From the IMG/VR virus record IMGVR_UViG_3300033074_001927, positions 32,001 through 96,000 of that record: a stretch of DNA of 64,000 nt; one strand, 5' to 3'. How positions within the stretch are numbered: position 1 is the first letter of the stretch; the number at the start of each line of letters is the position of its first letter. Made by a program: the position numbers and the translations under genes. The stretch is from a virus (taxonomy: Duplodnaviria; Caudoviricetes). This document shows, piece after piece, positions 39,824 to 48,986 of the stretch. The notes beneath the pieces are model-generated. The model searched no databases. It was not told the DNA's origin and worked only from the letters and a program-made list of their open reading frames with translations.

Positions 39824-40128
39824 TTGCCCGCTCCTTCGTCCTTTACATCAACTGAACGTGTACGAAATTCCACATGGTATGGAATAAACTCTATGTTGTA
39901 TTTTTCAAGTTCCGCCTCCATGTTGCGGATCTGATCATTGCCCTCTCTCAATATGTCTTTTCGCAGCCGCCTAAATTGCTCGCTATCAGCGCCAAGCTCA
40001 TCCTCGAGGCATTCTAGTGCCGCAATAAATGTTCGCCGTATCTTATGCCGCATCGAGGCCGCCAATTTTGCCCGACTGCCGACAAAATAGCTCGATACAT
40101 TTTTCTCTATATGTTCTTTTAAGCTCAC
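39820..40128 (-). CDS. Hypothetical protein
   Basis: 102-aa ORF with 4-nt overlaps on both sides. Confidence 0.7.
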   Translation of the reverse strand: MSLKEHIEKNVSSYFVGSRAKLAASMRHKIRRTFIAALECLEDELGADSEQFRRLRKDILREGNDQIRNMEAELEKYNIEFIPYHVEFRTRSVDVKDEGAGK

Positions 40129-41300
40129 CGTTTTTTCTTTCTCCTATCAATTAGAGTGCCTCCAGGCAGCACTTGATCTACATTTTTTCTAGCTCGGCCA
40201 TCTCTGCCACGCTTAACACTAACAACGTTGTCTTCTGAGCCGCCAATTCTTCGCGAATCTGGTGTCGCACGCAAATCCTGTTCTTTTACAACACCAGCCT
40301 CTTTTATTTTCTTGCCCTGCCATTCCCTATATTTTTTAGTTACTTCGCTATTCAAGTCATTTATTTCTCCAACATCAATGCGATTTTTCCACGGTGCAAT
40401 AAAAACTTCGCCATGTTTCATGATGCGGCTGCTAGCAATTTTTGCACTACCAGATTCTATATGGCGAGTTTTGGCAGACTCTTTAGATTTTTTAGCCTGA
40501 TCCTCAAGCCACGCATCAAGCTTATCATCATCTTCTATAACCTCGTCAGATGGGCGCTCGTATGCATCGTAAACATTATCATATACTGAGGACCAATATA
40601 TTATTGCGTGCTGTTCATCAGTAAGCTCTACTATAGGCTTATCAAAAAGTCCGCCAACAGCTTTTGCTGCTATCCACTTATTTCTCCATATTGGATGTCT
40701 TGCTAAAGCTCTTATTTTTTTTGCGTCAACATGATTGTTGGCAAATATTTCTCCAGCTATCTTAAACACATCGTCATTAGAAACAGTTTCAATAAATTCT
40801 TCCCATGTGCTCCAAAACGACTTATTATCTAAATTATAACAAGACCTAAAAACAATGGCTTTTATTTTCCATTCCTGAGCATATTTTTCAGCACTATGAT
40901 GCAGAATAGCAGCCTTGCGCATTTCTAGTTCTTCAAGCCTTTTTTTGCTTATCTTTACTATGTTTGAAAATTTATTGCGCTCAGAATTGCTTAAATCTTT
41001 AACATCCTGCTTGGATGCCTCCTCGATGTTGCGTTTTAGTAGATTTATAGACTCATCGTCCTCCTTTACCCAAACGCCATTAGACATGGCCTCTGCTAGC
41101 ATAGCAGATTCCTTCAGGAGGCCGCTATTAAGCGCCTTTTTCATATATTTGTCGTAGATAAAATCTACCCATACGCGGGCAGAAGAAGAAAGGGGCTTAA
41201 CTACTAAGTCAAACCCCTTTCCATCTTCTTTTTCTATTTCTACGACCTTACCCCCGAAAATTATCCGGGAAATGGCGGAATCCGCCTCTTCATAATCCAC
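40125..41300 (-). CDS. Putative tail assembly chaperone (long paralog)
   Basis: Between the tube and TMP genes; charged and helical; paralogous to 39119..39823. Confidence 0.55.
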   Translation of the reverse strand: MDYEEADSAISRIIFGGKVVEIEKEDGKGFDLVVKPLSSSARVWVDFIYDKYMKKALNSGLLKESAMLAEAMSNGVWVKEDDESINLLKRNIEEASKQDVKDLSNSERNKFSNIVKISKKRLEELEMRKAAILHHSAEKYAQEWKIKAIVFRSCYNLDNKSFWSTWEEFIETVSNDDVFKIAGEIFANNHVDAKKIRALARHPIWRNKWIAAKAVGGLFDKPIVELTDEQHAIIYWSSVYDNVYDAYERPSDEVIEDDDKLDAWLEDQAKKSKESAKTRHIESGSAKIASSRIMKHGEVFIAPWKNRIDVGEINDLNSEVTKKYREWQGKKIKEAGVVKEQDLRATPDSRRIGGSEDNVVSVKRGRDGRARKNVDQVLPGGTLIDRRKKKR

Positions 41301-41340
41301 AAGCTGCCCTCAGTTAAGAGAAAAACCTTCTACACTCCTA

Positions 41341-42465
41341 TTATGTGAATGTGCTGTGCGTGATTGTTAGATCGTTAAAGTTGCTGTAGTTATAGGTAAT
41401 GGTCATGTTATCGCCGCCAGCTTCACCACCACCCATCTCAACGCTAGTCAATCTATTCTTTTGCCCAAGATCAACTCGCAAGCCCTCACAAAGCTCAAGG
41501 ATTATTTCCTCGTTAACTGTGTTTTGTGAACGCTGACAGTTTTCGTCAAACGCTACTGCGTTAACGAAATCGCCCTGAGAAGTGATAACCTCTATAGCTG
41601 TAGTTACTTCAACTGGGAATGTAACATATTTAGTAAACGGCCGCTTTCGACCAAGCTCAAAAATATCTTCTCGACCAAGATCAACAGTGACCGTAATGTT
41701 TTGGATATGCTCTACGATACCTTCTAGCGTGCCTGAAGAGCTGACGCCTGGTATCTGAACAGGTAGGCGAGAGTTGTCCAGTCTCCAGCTCTCGCGACGC
41801 TGAACGCCAGAGCCAATAACCTGGGCGTCCTCTAGGACTTGGAACTGTGTGCCTGACGGCCATCCAACAGGCACTGCGTCGGTGCTTGCGCCTTCCGCTG
41901 GATAAGAGTCTGCAGGACCGGTAACGCCTTCAAAGTCTGCCCAAATCTTGTCGTTGCCTACTAGTGTTACAGACTCGGTAAAGTTGCCGTCTACCGGCAT
42001 TGTAAGGGTCCATGAACTCAGATACATGCCTGAGCCAAGCACCATAGACAGTGGTAGGCCGCTGGCGCGCGTCTGAGTATCTGAATAGATGCTAATGGCC
42101 ACGTCTGTCTGATAGTTGGCTGTTCTGTCAGTAAGAAGGCTGGTGCCACGAGGACCAGTCGTCATAAACCATAGAGGCTTGGTGCCATCAAGCACTTTCT
42201 CTACTGTAACTTCGATCTCTGGCTCGGCCTCAATATATTCGTAAATCTCAAGCTGGCCTAGCTCGAAAACCTGCTCAAAGTTAAACGTGGTTGTCATGCC
42301 GACGGACTGAACGCCACGACCAACTTCCCATATCGCTTGTCCAAGCGTTCCGGTTGGCGCAACGTCAACGCCAGGCTGTATAACAACAACCTCGTTTGTT
42401 GCAGGACCGCTGTTGTCCTTAAAGGCCACGCTATGAATAGCGTAGTATACTCTGTTGTTGGGCAT
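41341..42465 (-). CDS. Major tail tube protein with internal duplication
   Basis: Beta-rich and acidic, with its own promoter and strong SD; duplicated motif FEQVFELGQ / REDIFELGR. Confidence 0.75.
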   Translation of the reverse strand: MPNNRVYYAIHSVAFKDNSGPATNEVVVIQPGVDVAPTGTLGQAIWEVGRGVQSVGMTTTFNFEQVFELGQLEIYEYIEAEPEIEVTVEKVLDGTKPLWFMTTGPRGTSLLTDRTANYQTDVAISIYSDTQTRASGLPLSMVLGSGMYLSSWTLTMPVDGNFTESVTLVGNDKIWADFEGVTGPADSYPAEGASTDAVPVGWPSGTQFQVLEDAQVIGSGVQRRESWRLDNSRLPVQIPGVSSSGTLEGIVEHIQNITVTVDLGREDIFELGRKRPFTKYVTFPVEVTTAIEVITSQGDFVNAVAFDENCQRSQNTVNEEIILELCEGLRVDLGQKNRLTSVEMGGGEAGGDNMTITYNYSNFNDLTITHSTFT

Positions 42466-42496
42466 CTTTCACTCCTGGTGTTTTAAGGTCTATAGA

Positions 42497-42510
42497 CTTA
42501 TACACATAAA
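42497..42510 (-). promoter_or_regulatory. Putative late promoter TTTATGTGTATAAG
   Basis: Intergenic, upstream of the tail tube gene; identical 14-mer at 53155..53168. Confidence 0.7.
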
Positions 42511-43419
42511 CTAAAAATTCGGGTATACCTTGGCAGTAAACCTAATGGCAAGTCTTTCAATATTTTGTAGCGATTCTAGTTTTCTACTACTTATTTCGTC
42601 AATATATATTCGTCGCCAAGGAAATGCGCCCTGAGCATAAGAATAGGATGAAAAATTCTCATTTATGTCACCCATATAATTAATTGGCGTTGGCGCAGTA
42701 TTAAAATCTATAGATCTTAATACACTATGCTCATGTAGTCCAATCAAATCATCTACTTGATCTATTTCATAAGTAGACGTAGCATAAAGATATATGTGAC
42801 CTTTTAATACCGTCACATTTGATGCCGCGCCAAGCTCATATCCCTTATGGTCCATAGTATCTATGTCGATGACTATGTGCGGCAATGTTTTTACATCTTT
42901 TTCTGGATAAATAATAACGCCGGTAATTTCAGGATTGTCTTTCCATGAAGTTTCAAGTAACAGATCTTTTGTCTGGTCTTGAAAAAGGTTAGAAAGGCTG
43001 GTTCCAAACGTTTTATATGAAAATGCAGCTTCTACTGTGCCAGATGGTATGCCTGACGTAAAAATAACGCGGCCATTTTCAAAATCAACAGAGTGGTCGA
43101 AGGCGGCATCATAGTCTGGATGCGCACTGTCCTTTGCCCTAAAAACGCCATTATAGTATATGCCGCTGCAAACAACTGGCTCAACACCACTTCCAGCAAC
43201 TATGCCACTTTCCCATACCCAGTTTTTGAAGGCGCTTTGCCACACATAAAGGTCGGGATATGAAGAATCTTCAACAGGCACCAGCTCGCTAATATTATTG
43301 CCGTAAACATCGACAGTGCCACTTTCTACTGTTGAGAAAAACCCATCTCTCAACAACGTATCATTTAGCCACAGTAGCATGTTTGCTTTTACTTGGGCTT
43401 TAGGTCTGTAGCGCGGCAC
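42511..43419 (-). CDS. Neck/tail-terminator-like protein
   Basis: Directly upstream of the tail tube; LPHIVID...GYELG pattern. Confidence 0.5.
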   Translation of the reverse strand: MPRYRPKAQVKANMLLWLNDTLLRDGFFSTVESGTVDVYGNNISELVPVEDSSYPDLYVWQSAFKNWVWESGIVAGSGVEPVVCSGIYYNGVFRAKDSAHPDYDAAFDHSVDFENGRVIFTSGIPSGTVEAAFSYKTFGTSLSNLFQDQTKDLLLETSWKDNPEITGVIIYPEKDVKTLPHIVIDIDTMDHKGYELGAASNVTVLKGHIYLYATSTYEIDQVDDLIGLHEHSVLRSIDFNTAPTPINYMGDINENFSSYSYAQGAFPWRRIYIDEISSRKLESLQNIERLAIRFTAKVYPNF

Positions 43420-44128
43420 GAATAGCCTTCCTAATCTGCCCCAACATGTAGGTAGAAGTATATTTTTTCTCTAACCTGCGCTGAAGGGCTCCAAATGTTG
43501 CGTCGCGTCCAACCGGACTTACCAGCAGTGGGCTGCCACTTATTCCTACTGGCAACATATGTCCAACTCCGGTTCTAGATCTTTTGGCATTAAATCCAAT
43601 GTCGCCCCTACCAACATATTGATGCTGTGGTGAATAAACGCCATCTTCTATATAATTTTTCATCCACATTATTTCACTACCCTCTCCTCGGCCAGAAGGA
43701 TTGTTTTCTGCACTATTTGAGCGGGTAGATATGTATTTGTTTATTGTGGAATTGTAAAATTTTTCAGTATTGATGTTGTAAGATGCGACTATTGACTGTT
43801 TGTTTTTAAAGCTAACCCCAACATTGGCAACGCCAAGCTTTGGAATAAGCGGCACCGTTACTTTATCTAGTTTGTTAAAATCTGGACGGCCGCCAATACC
43901 TATGCCGAGCTGGCCGACTAGCTCCAATCCGTTTGGTTGCTTAAATGGGTTGAATAGGTCATTGGCGGCCAATACAACTCTTTCTGTCTCTATCCTAAAC
44001 ACTTTTTCTACGTTTTTTCTAGCTTCTGTTTTTTTTCTATTAATATGGTTGATTACAACTTCTTCTATATTTTTCCTATCTTTTGCGGAAATTCTCGCAT
44101 TAATTTTCATTACTATTTTATTGGCCAC
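43400..44128 (-). CDS. Basic neck/tail-completion-like protein
   Basis: Position between the head-closure and terminator genes; Lys/Arg-rich. Confidence 0.45.
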   Translation of the reverse strand: MANKIVMKINARISAKDRKNIEEVVINHINRKKTEARKNVEKVFRIETERVVLAANDLFNPFKQPNGLELVGQLGIGIGGRPDFNKLDKVTVPLIPKLGVANVGVSFKNKQSIVASYNINTEKFYNSTINKYISTRSNSAENNPSGRGEGSEIMWMKNYIEDGVYSPQHQYVGRGDIGFNAKRSRTGVGHMLPVGISGSPLLVSPVGRDATFGALQRRLEKKYTSTYMLGQIRKAIRAALQT

Positions 44129-44654
44129 TGTTTATTACCTTCCAGAATGCCACAACATAGAGGAGATTTGGGCCCCAGCCAGTTTGGCGAGGCTCCTCAA
44201 ATAGCTGCACTCTTACACCGTCTATGGTGGCGCCAATAGAATTTTTTATATGTTCAAAAGACTCTATGGTTGTTTTTGTTCTAACAAAATTGTATCCAAG
44301 GCGCCCATAAACCGGCTCTGTTACAGCTAATGGTCCAGATCCTTTATTAAATGGTTCATCAGTCCATCGTATATTGGCTCTATATATAGTATAGTTGGGT
44401 TCTATGATAAAACCTTGACCCTTACAGGTGGAGCAGACAATGCCGTTGGTGCTCACATATTTTTTGTAAAATGCGTCAAAGCGACAGTCCGGCGCAACAC
44501 AAGGCTGTTTGGATGGCTCGAGATGAACAGAAATGTCTCTTCCTATATCTGTAAGTACAGTATCCATAGCTCGGCGAAAATTATCGCCGTTATCCAATAC
44601 TCCAGATGTTCCTGGCAGAAAGCTCTGCATGTTGCTTATTAGGCCCATTACCAC
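44118..44654 (-). CDS. Head closure/stopper-like protein with Zn-finger insert
   Basis: Follows the adaptor-like gene; CVAPDC...CSTCKG. Confidence 0.5.
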   Translation of the reverse strand: MVMGLISNMQSFLPGTSGVLDNGDNFRRAMDTVLTDIGRDISVHLEPSKQPCVAPDCRFDAFYKKYVSTNGIVCSTCKGQGFIIEPNYTIYRANIRWTDEPFNKGSGPLAVTEPVYGRLGYNFVRTKTTIESFEHIKNSIGATIDGVRVQLFEEPRQTGWGPNLLYVVAFWKVINSGQ

Positions 44655-45061
44655 ACATCCAGCATAGAGTCCATGCGGCGTAGCTTTTCTAACTTAATGG
44701 CTTTTTCCAGTTCTGCGCACGGGTTGTGGGCGCTATTTAGATAATTTGTGCGGGCGTTGGCGCGGCTTGCGGCTTCACCTCTGTCGTCCAGCATTTGTTC
44801 GCCGTCTTTTACCATGCGGCCCCAGCCGGCGGATGAGCTATTGCCATCGCCATTGAAGTCACTATTAATATCTATATTCAAAATCATGCATTCGGCTTGT
44901 AAAAGCACAAGATCGTGCAGATCATTACCGCTAGGATAAACGTTACCAGAGGCGTCAACAGATAGTTCCTCCTCCGTACCTGTCAAATACAAAGTTCTGT
45001 TTATGCGTCTAGTTGCTTTTTCTAGCACCTGTATTAGTTGTTCATTGGTAAAACGAGGCAT
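44648..45061 (-). CDS. Head-tail adaptor-like protein
   Basis: FTNEQLIQVLEKATRRIN...LVLLQAEC helical adaptor pattern; AAGGAG SD. Confidence 0.55.
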   Translation of the reverse strand: MPRFTNEQLIQVLEKATRRINRTLYLTGTEEELSVDASGNVYPSGNDLHDLVLLQAECMILNIDINSDFNGDGNSSSAGWGRMVKDGEQMLDDRGEAASRANARTNYLNSAHNPCAELEKAIKLEKLRRMDSMLDVW

Positions 45062-45072
45062 GTCACATCTCC

Positions 45073-47937
45073 TTACGATGGATCTAGAGTTATACTAACT
45101 CGTTCGCTGCCAGACATTTCTGCCTCCACTCTGTCAACAAGGCCGTTCAAAGACTTGAACCTAACAATAGTTGGAGATCCGGCGTCTATTTCAGTTAGTC
45201 CCGCCATAACTGCTAGTTGTATTTTTTGAACATCCCTCATTGTAAGTGTGCCTTCCACTATGGAATCTAGTGGATCCGATCCTCCAACAACATACACTTG
45301 ATTTCTCCATACAAGATCTATACCACCGCCACCAGTAGTTGGATTTTCTACCGGATAAGCAGCATCTGTTATATATATTCTTATGTTGTCTGTCTGGAAA
45401 ACGTTTGTTGTTGTAGTATTGTCAAATTTTAGGTTTAATACAGTTGAGTCAATTTTGATATTTCCCTCATCTATTGATGTTAGGGCTCCATAGAAATATC
45501 TAATGCCATCTTCTGTTGTTAGATTATAATTCCACCAAGCGTAAAATTCTGCACCAGAAAAATTACTACCAACAATAAGATCTACATCATCATCTATGTA
45601 GTCTGGATCAAATTTAGTAACCAATGATCCATCTATCCCATACGCTGTATAGGTGGCGTCTGCTTGTTGATTTATCACAAACCCAATAGATGAGCTAGAA
45701 AATACCGCTGTCGCCTCCACCTCTTCGTAGCCAAGCTTGCAGACCCTTATCCTTATAATGTCACCATCTGTCGCCTGAGATGTAATTATAAAAGAGTAGG
45801 ATGTTGTTGATTCAAAAATATTGTCTATTTCAGTGTCTTGAGTAACATTGTATAGCTGCACGCGAGAGTCGGAAAGAATTGTGGCACTAACGGTGATTGG
45901 TGGAGCATTTATTGTTGTACTTGCGCTAGGCCCATTCAATACGGTTGGAGTGGCGTCTCCAGCACCCAAATTAAGTATTAGGAGTCCACTGCTATTGTTG
46001 TATATGGCTGCATCGCTTGTAGAGTTAGACCCATATCCATTAAAAACATTACCCTGAAAAGTATATTCTCCGCTCTGCAGAACTTCTATGGCGTGCCCAT
46101 TTCCAGGGCTTGTAAAAGTGCAGTCAGAAATTAGGGATGGGTCTGAAAAAACAAAGTGCCCTCTAGATTCGGACACAGAGCAAGAATCAAGTCCGCCTCC
46201 AATAAACTCTCCAGAGCACCTAATTAGCGAAGAGTTGTTAAGCTGAATACCGGAGGAATTATTGTAGATGTCCCATCCTATTATTGATGCACCAGCAAAA
46301 TTGTAAGAAGCATCAAGGCTAGAAGATGGACTTATAACAAAATTTTGCACATTGTCTGTTGCAGTTATGCTTGCAGACATGTCTATAAAATCGCCAGAGC
46401 CTGCATGAAGGTAGACGCCGGCATTAGGATTATTGTTATAAACTTGCCAAAACCTTCTATTGATTGCAGAAGTTGGGCTAAGTGGGAGTTCGTGTGACAC
46501 TGCTGAATTTTTAAAATATACTTTTCTTGTTCCATTGCCAAATTGAACAGCACTGTTACATAGTGCCTGTCCTTTGCCCTGAAGAGATCCGAGCAAATAT
46601 GGCCCATGCCCATTGGCTACTTGTGAAAAGATAGCAGATGAGCATGGAGAGCTTTCACATCCGTCAACTAAAATGATGGGATTGTTTACGATTAAGTTTT
46701 TAATCCTAAATATAAGTGCCGTTATACTTGTTCTTATCTTATGTAACAAATATCCAACATTTACTATATCTGAAAAGTCTATTGGGCTGGCACTAGCATC
46801 AAGTTGTGGAGCATTTTCAACATCTATAAATACCACATAGCTAGTAGCTGCAACAAGTCGTTGCCTCCTCGATATATTATAGGCCACCCACTCTCCAGAC
46901 GAATCCTCTAGATACAGCACAAGCCCATCTGGCCCAAATTGGTTGGTGTTTACGCTAGACATCATAAATTCTAGTGATATTATTTTACTAGACATGTCTG
47001 TTGACGCTATTGTGTGAGATACTCCCATCCACCGACCTGATGTGTCTACCGCGCTACCCCCCATAGATAACCCAGTCATACTACCCCAAGTAGAAGCACG
47101 TGTGTTTTGGAAAGCAACCTGTGTAAAAGTAGGAACAGCTATAACGCTTCTTCCATCTATAGAGGTTGGAACTATGCCTGTAGATGCGTCAGTAAAAGTA
47201 ACCGCATCATGTCTTATGAATGCAGCGACGTTCGTGGCCGCTGTAGTTATGCCTCCATATCTTTTAATTATAGAATAATTTTGCGCTACGAATGGCCCCA
47301 TTTGTGCGGCTGATGGATTTGCATCATTTATTGCTATCTGCCAAGCAGACCCTCCCTCGCTCTGAACCTCGCTGAGGGCGGTTATTGCCGGAGTGGCACC
47401 AGCAGAAAGATGGTTGAAATATTCTACTATCTGTACACATCCTGCATTTATTTCTTTACTTAAATTTATAGTTGAGCTTGGATTTGAATTTATTAATTTT
47501 GCTACACCATCAAATCCGAATGCAACAAGAACTAGGCAATTGTCTTCTGTTGTTGTAACAGTTCCGCTAGTTAATGAATTGCTGGTTGAGTCTACCGAAT
47601 CTGTTCTGTCGCTTCCATTTATTGGCGTAGTTGTATCTATTCCACGCACAAGCACAGCACAAACGATCCAGTCATCTGTTGCGCCAGTCATTGATATGTC
47701 TGGCTCAGAAGATGAAGTCGCTACCTTATAAAAACACGCAGTCCTTTGCCCTTGAGATACGGCCTGAGTATTTATTATAGTAAATCCGGTAGGTGTGCTT
47801 ATTGTTGTGCCGCCACCATCCTGCGTAACAATTAAGACAATAAGATCATCTGTTTGGTGTCCTGCAGGAATGGACACATCAATAGAGTTTGCGGCTCCGT
47901 CAGAAAGAGTTGTTTCTGTTGCAACAACATATGCCAT
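45073..47937 (-). CDS. Large virion appendage protein (beta-sandwich and beta-helix segments)
   Basis: 954 aa, Ser/Thr-rich; IPAGHQTDDLIVL...TPTGFT domain and beta-helix-like ISDCTF...FQGNVF. Confidence 0.6.
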   Translation of the reverse strand: MAYVVATETTLSDGAANSIDVSIPAGHQTDDLIVLIVTQDGGGTTISTPTGFTIINTQAVSQGQRTACFYKVATSSSEPDISMTGATDDWIVCAVLVRGIDTTTPINGSDRTDSVDSTSNSLTSGTVTTTEDNCLVLVAFGFDGVAKLINSNPSSTINLSKEINAGCVQIVEYFNHLSAGATPAITALSEVQSEGGSAWQIAINDANPSAAQMGPFVAQNYSIIKRYGGITTAATNVAAFIRHDAVTFTDASTGIVPTSIDGRSVIAVPTFTQVAFQNTRASTWGSMTGLSMGGSAVDTSGRWMGVSHTIASTDMSSKIISLEFMMSSVNTNQFGPDGLVLYLEDSSGEWVAYNISRRQRLVAATSYVVFIDVENAPQLDASASPIDFSDIVNVGYLLHKIRTSITALIFRIKNLIVNNPIILVDGCESSPCSSAIFSQVANGHGPYLLGSLQGKGQALCNSAVQFGNGTRKVYFKNSAVSHELPLSPTSAINRRFWQVYNNNPNAGVYLHAGSGDFIDMSASITATDNVQNFVISPSSSLDASYNFAGASIIGWDIYNNSSGIQLNNSSLIRCSGEFIGGGLDSCSVSESRGHFVFSDPSLISDCTFTSPGNGHAIEVLQSGEYTFQGNVFNGYGSNSTSDAAIYNNSSGLLILNLGAGDATPTVLNGPSASTTINAPPITVSATILSDSRVQLYNVTQDTEIDNIFESTTSYSFIITSQATDGDIIRIRVCKLGYEEVEATAVFSSSSIGFVINQQADATYTAYGIDGSLVTKFDPDYIDDDVDLIVGSNFSGAEFYAWWNYNLTTEDGIRYFYGALTSIDEGNIKIDSTVLNLKFDNTTTTNVFQTDNIRIYITDAAYPVENPTTGGGGIDLVWRNQVYVVGGSDPLDSIVEGTLTMRDVQKIQLAVMAGLTEIDAGSPTIVRFKSLNGLVDRVEAEMSGSERVSITLDPS

Positions 47938-48123
47938 CTACCACCCACCAGGAAAATAGCTGTTGGTTTGCGCTACACCCGACACATCAAGCTCTGATTG
48001 AGGCGCAGTCAACGGCCCACTGTTGTCGTAAATTATAACCTCTCCGCTTGAACCAGCAAGTCCTATTGGGCCACCGTCTGTTGTAAAAACTACTATTCCA
48101 CTACCGAATCCAGCCCAACTCAC
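47938..48123 (-). CDS. Small virion-associated protein
   Basis: 61 aa, tightly packed between fibre genes, ends NSYFPGGW, contains four SG dipeptides. Confidence 0.6.
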   Translation of the reverse strand: MSWAGFGSGIVVFTTDGGPIGLAGSSGEVIIYDNSGPLTAPQSELDVSGVAQTNSYFPGGW

Positions 48124-48124
48124 A

Positions 48125-48982
48125 TTACACTATATTCCACTGTGTTCCATTATAAATGAGAGTAAAAGAGCCATAATTTTGTCTAATTTTTATTGTTGCA
48201 TTTCCATCTATAGTGTTGCCATTACCATCTATTGTGACTGGGTTTGGGTTTGTGGCATTGCCATCGCTGTCCTTTATATAGTGGATCTGACCATTATTTG
48301 GAGATGGATCTAAGTCAATAGTAGTAGGAGCGGCGGTAACAAATACAACATAGTCTGATTTGCCAAGAGTGATGCCAGAAGACGTGGAACGTATTTTTAC
48401 ATTTTGGCCAAAATCAAGCGTTGCTACGTCATTTATACCATCTATTTGTAGTTGCAATATGCCGTTTGCTGATAGTCCAAGCACTCCAGACGAAACAGAA
48501 TAGAGGCCAGCAGTATTGTCACCAGAAAAAGTAACTGACGGAAGCGCCGCAGTTCCATTTTCAAACTTTGTAGACTGGCCAAGTCGCACATACTCTATTG
48601 TTGTGCCATTCGATCTTATTACATATTCTTCTGGACCAACTGGAAGGGCATCCCATAACGTGCCGGTAGTGCCAACAATGAGATCTCCCTCTGAAGGAGA
48701 GTGCGGAATTGTGTCAACGTGATATATACCTAGAAGGTCGTGCGGACCAATTCCTCCACCTTGTCCAGAAGAAAAAGCCCATTGGCTTCCATCAAACCTA
48801 AAATAGTCGCCAGAAGATGGAACTCCACTTTGAAATGGAAGGCCCCAAATGCCGCTAACAATGGTTGTTTTTAGTCCACCAAAAACATCTCCGCCGATAG
48901 GCTCGGCACCAATAAGTCTATCATCTTGCGTACTATGGTATATATAACCGCTTGGTCCAACTCCAGGCCAACTCATAGACAC
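48125..48982 (-). CDS. Fibre-like virion protein
   Basis: GDLIVG...WDALPVG, GTAALPSVTFSGD fibre motifs; C-terminal domain ending YNGTQWNIV. Confidence 0.65.
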   Translation of the reverse strand: MSMSWPGVGPSGYIYHSTQDDRLIGAEPIGGDVFGGLKTTIVSGIWGLPFQSGVPSSGDYFRFDGSQWAFSSGQGGGIGPHDLLGIYHVDTIPHSPSEGDLIVGTTGTLWDALPVGPEEYVIRSNGTTIEYVRLGQSTKFENGTAALPSVTFSGDNTAGLYSVSSGVLGLSANGILQLQIDGINDVATLDFGQNVKIRSTSSGITLGKSDYVVFVTAAPTTIDLDPSPNNGQIHYIKDSDGNATNPNPVTIDGNGNTIDGNATIKIRQNYGSFTLIYNGTQWNIV

Positions 48983-48986
48983 CTAC

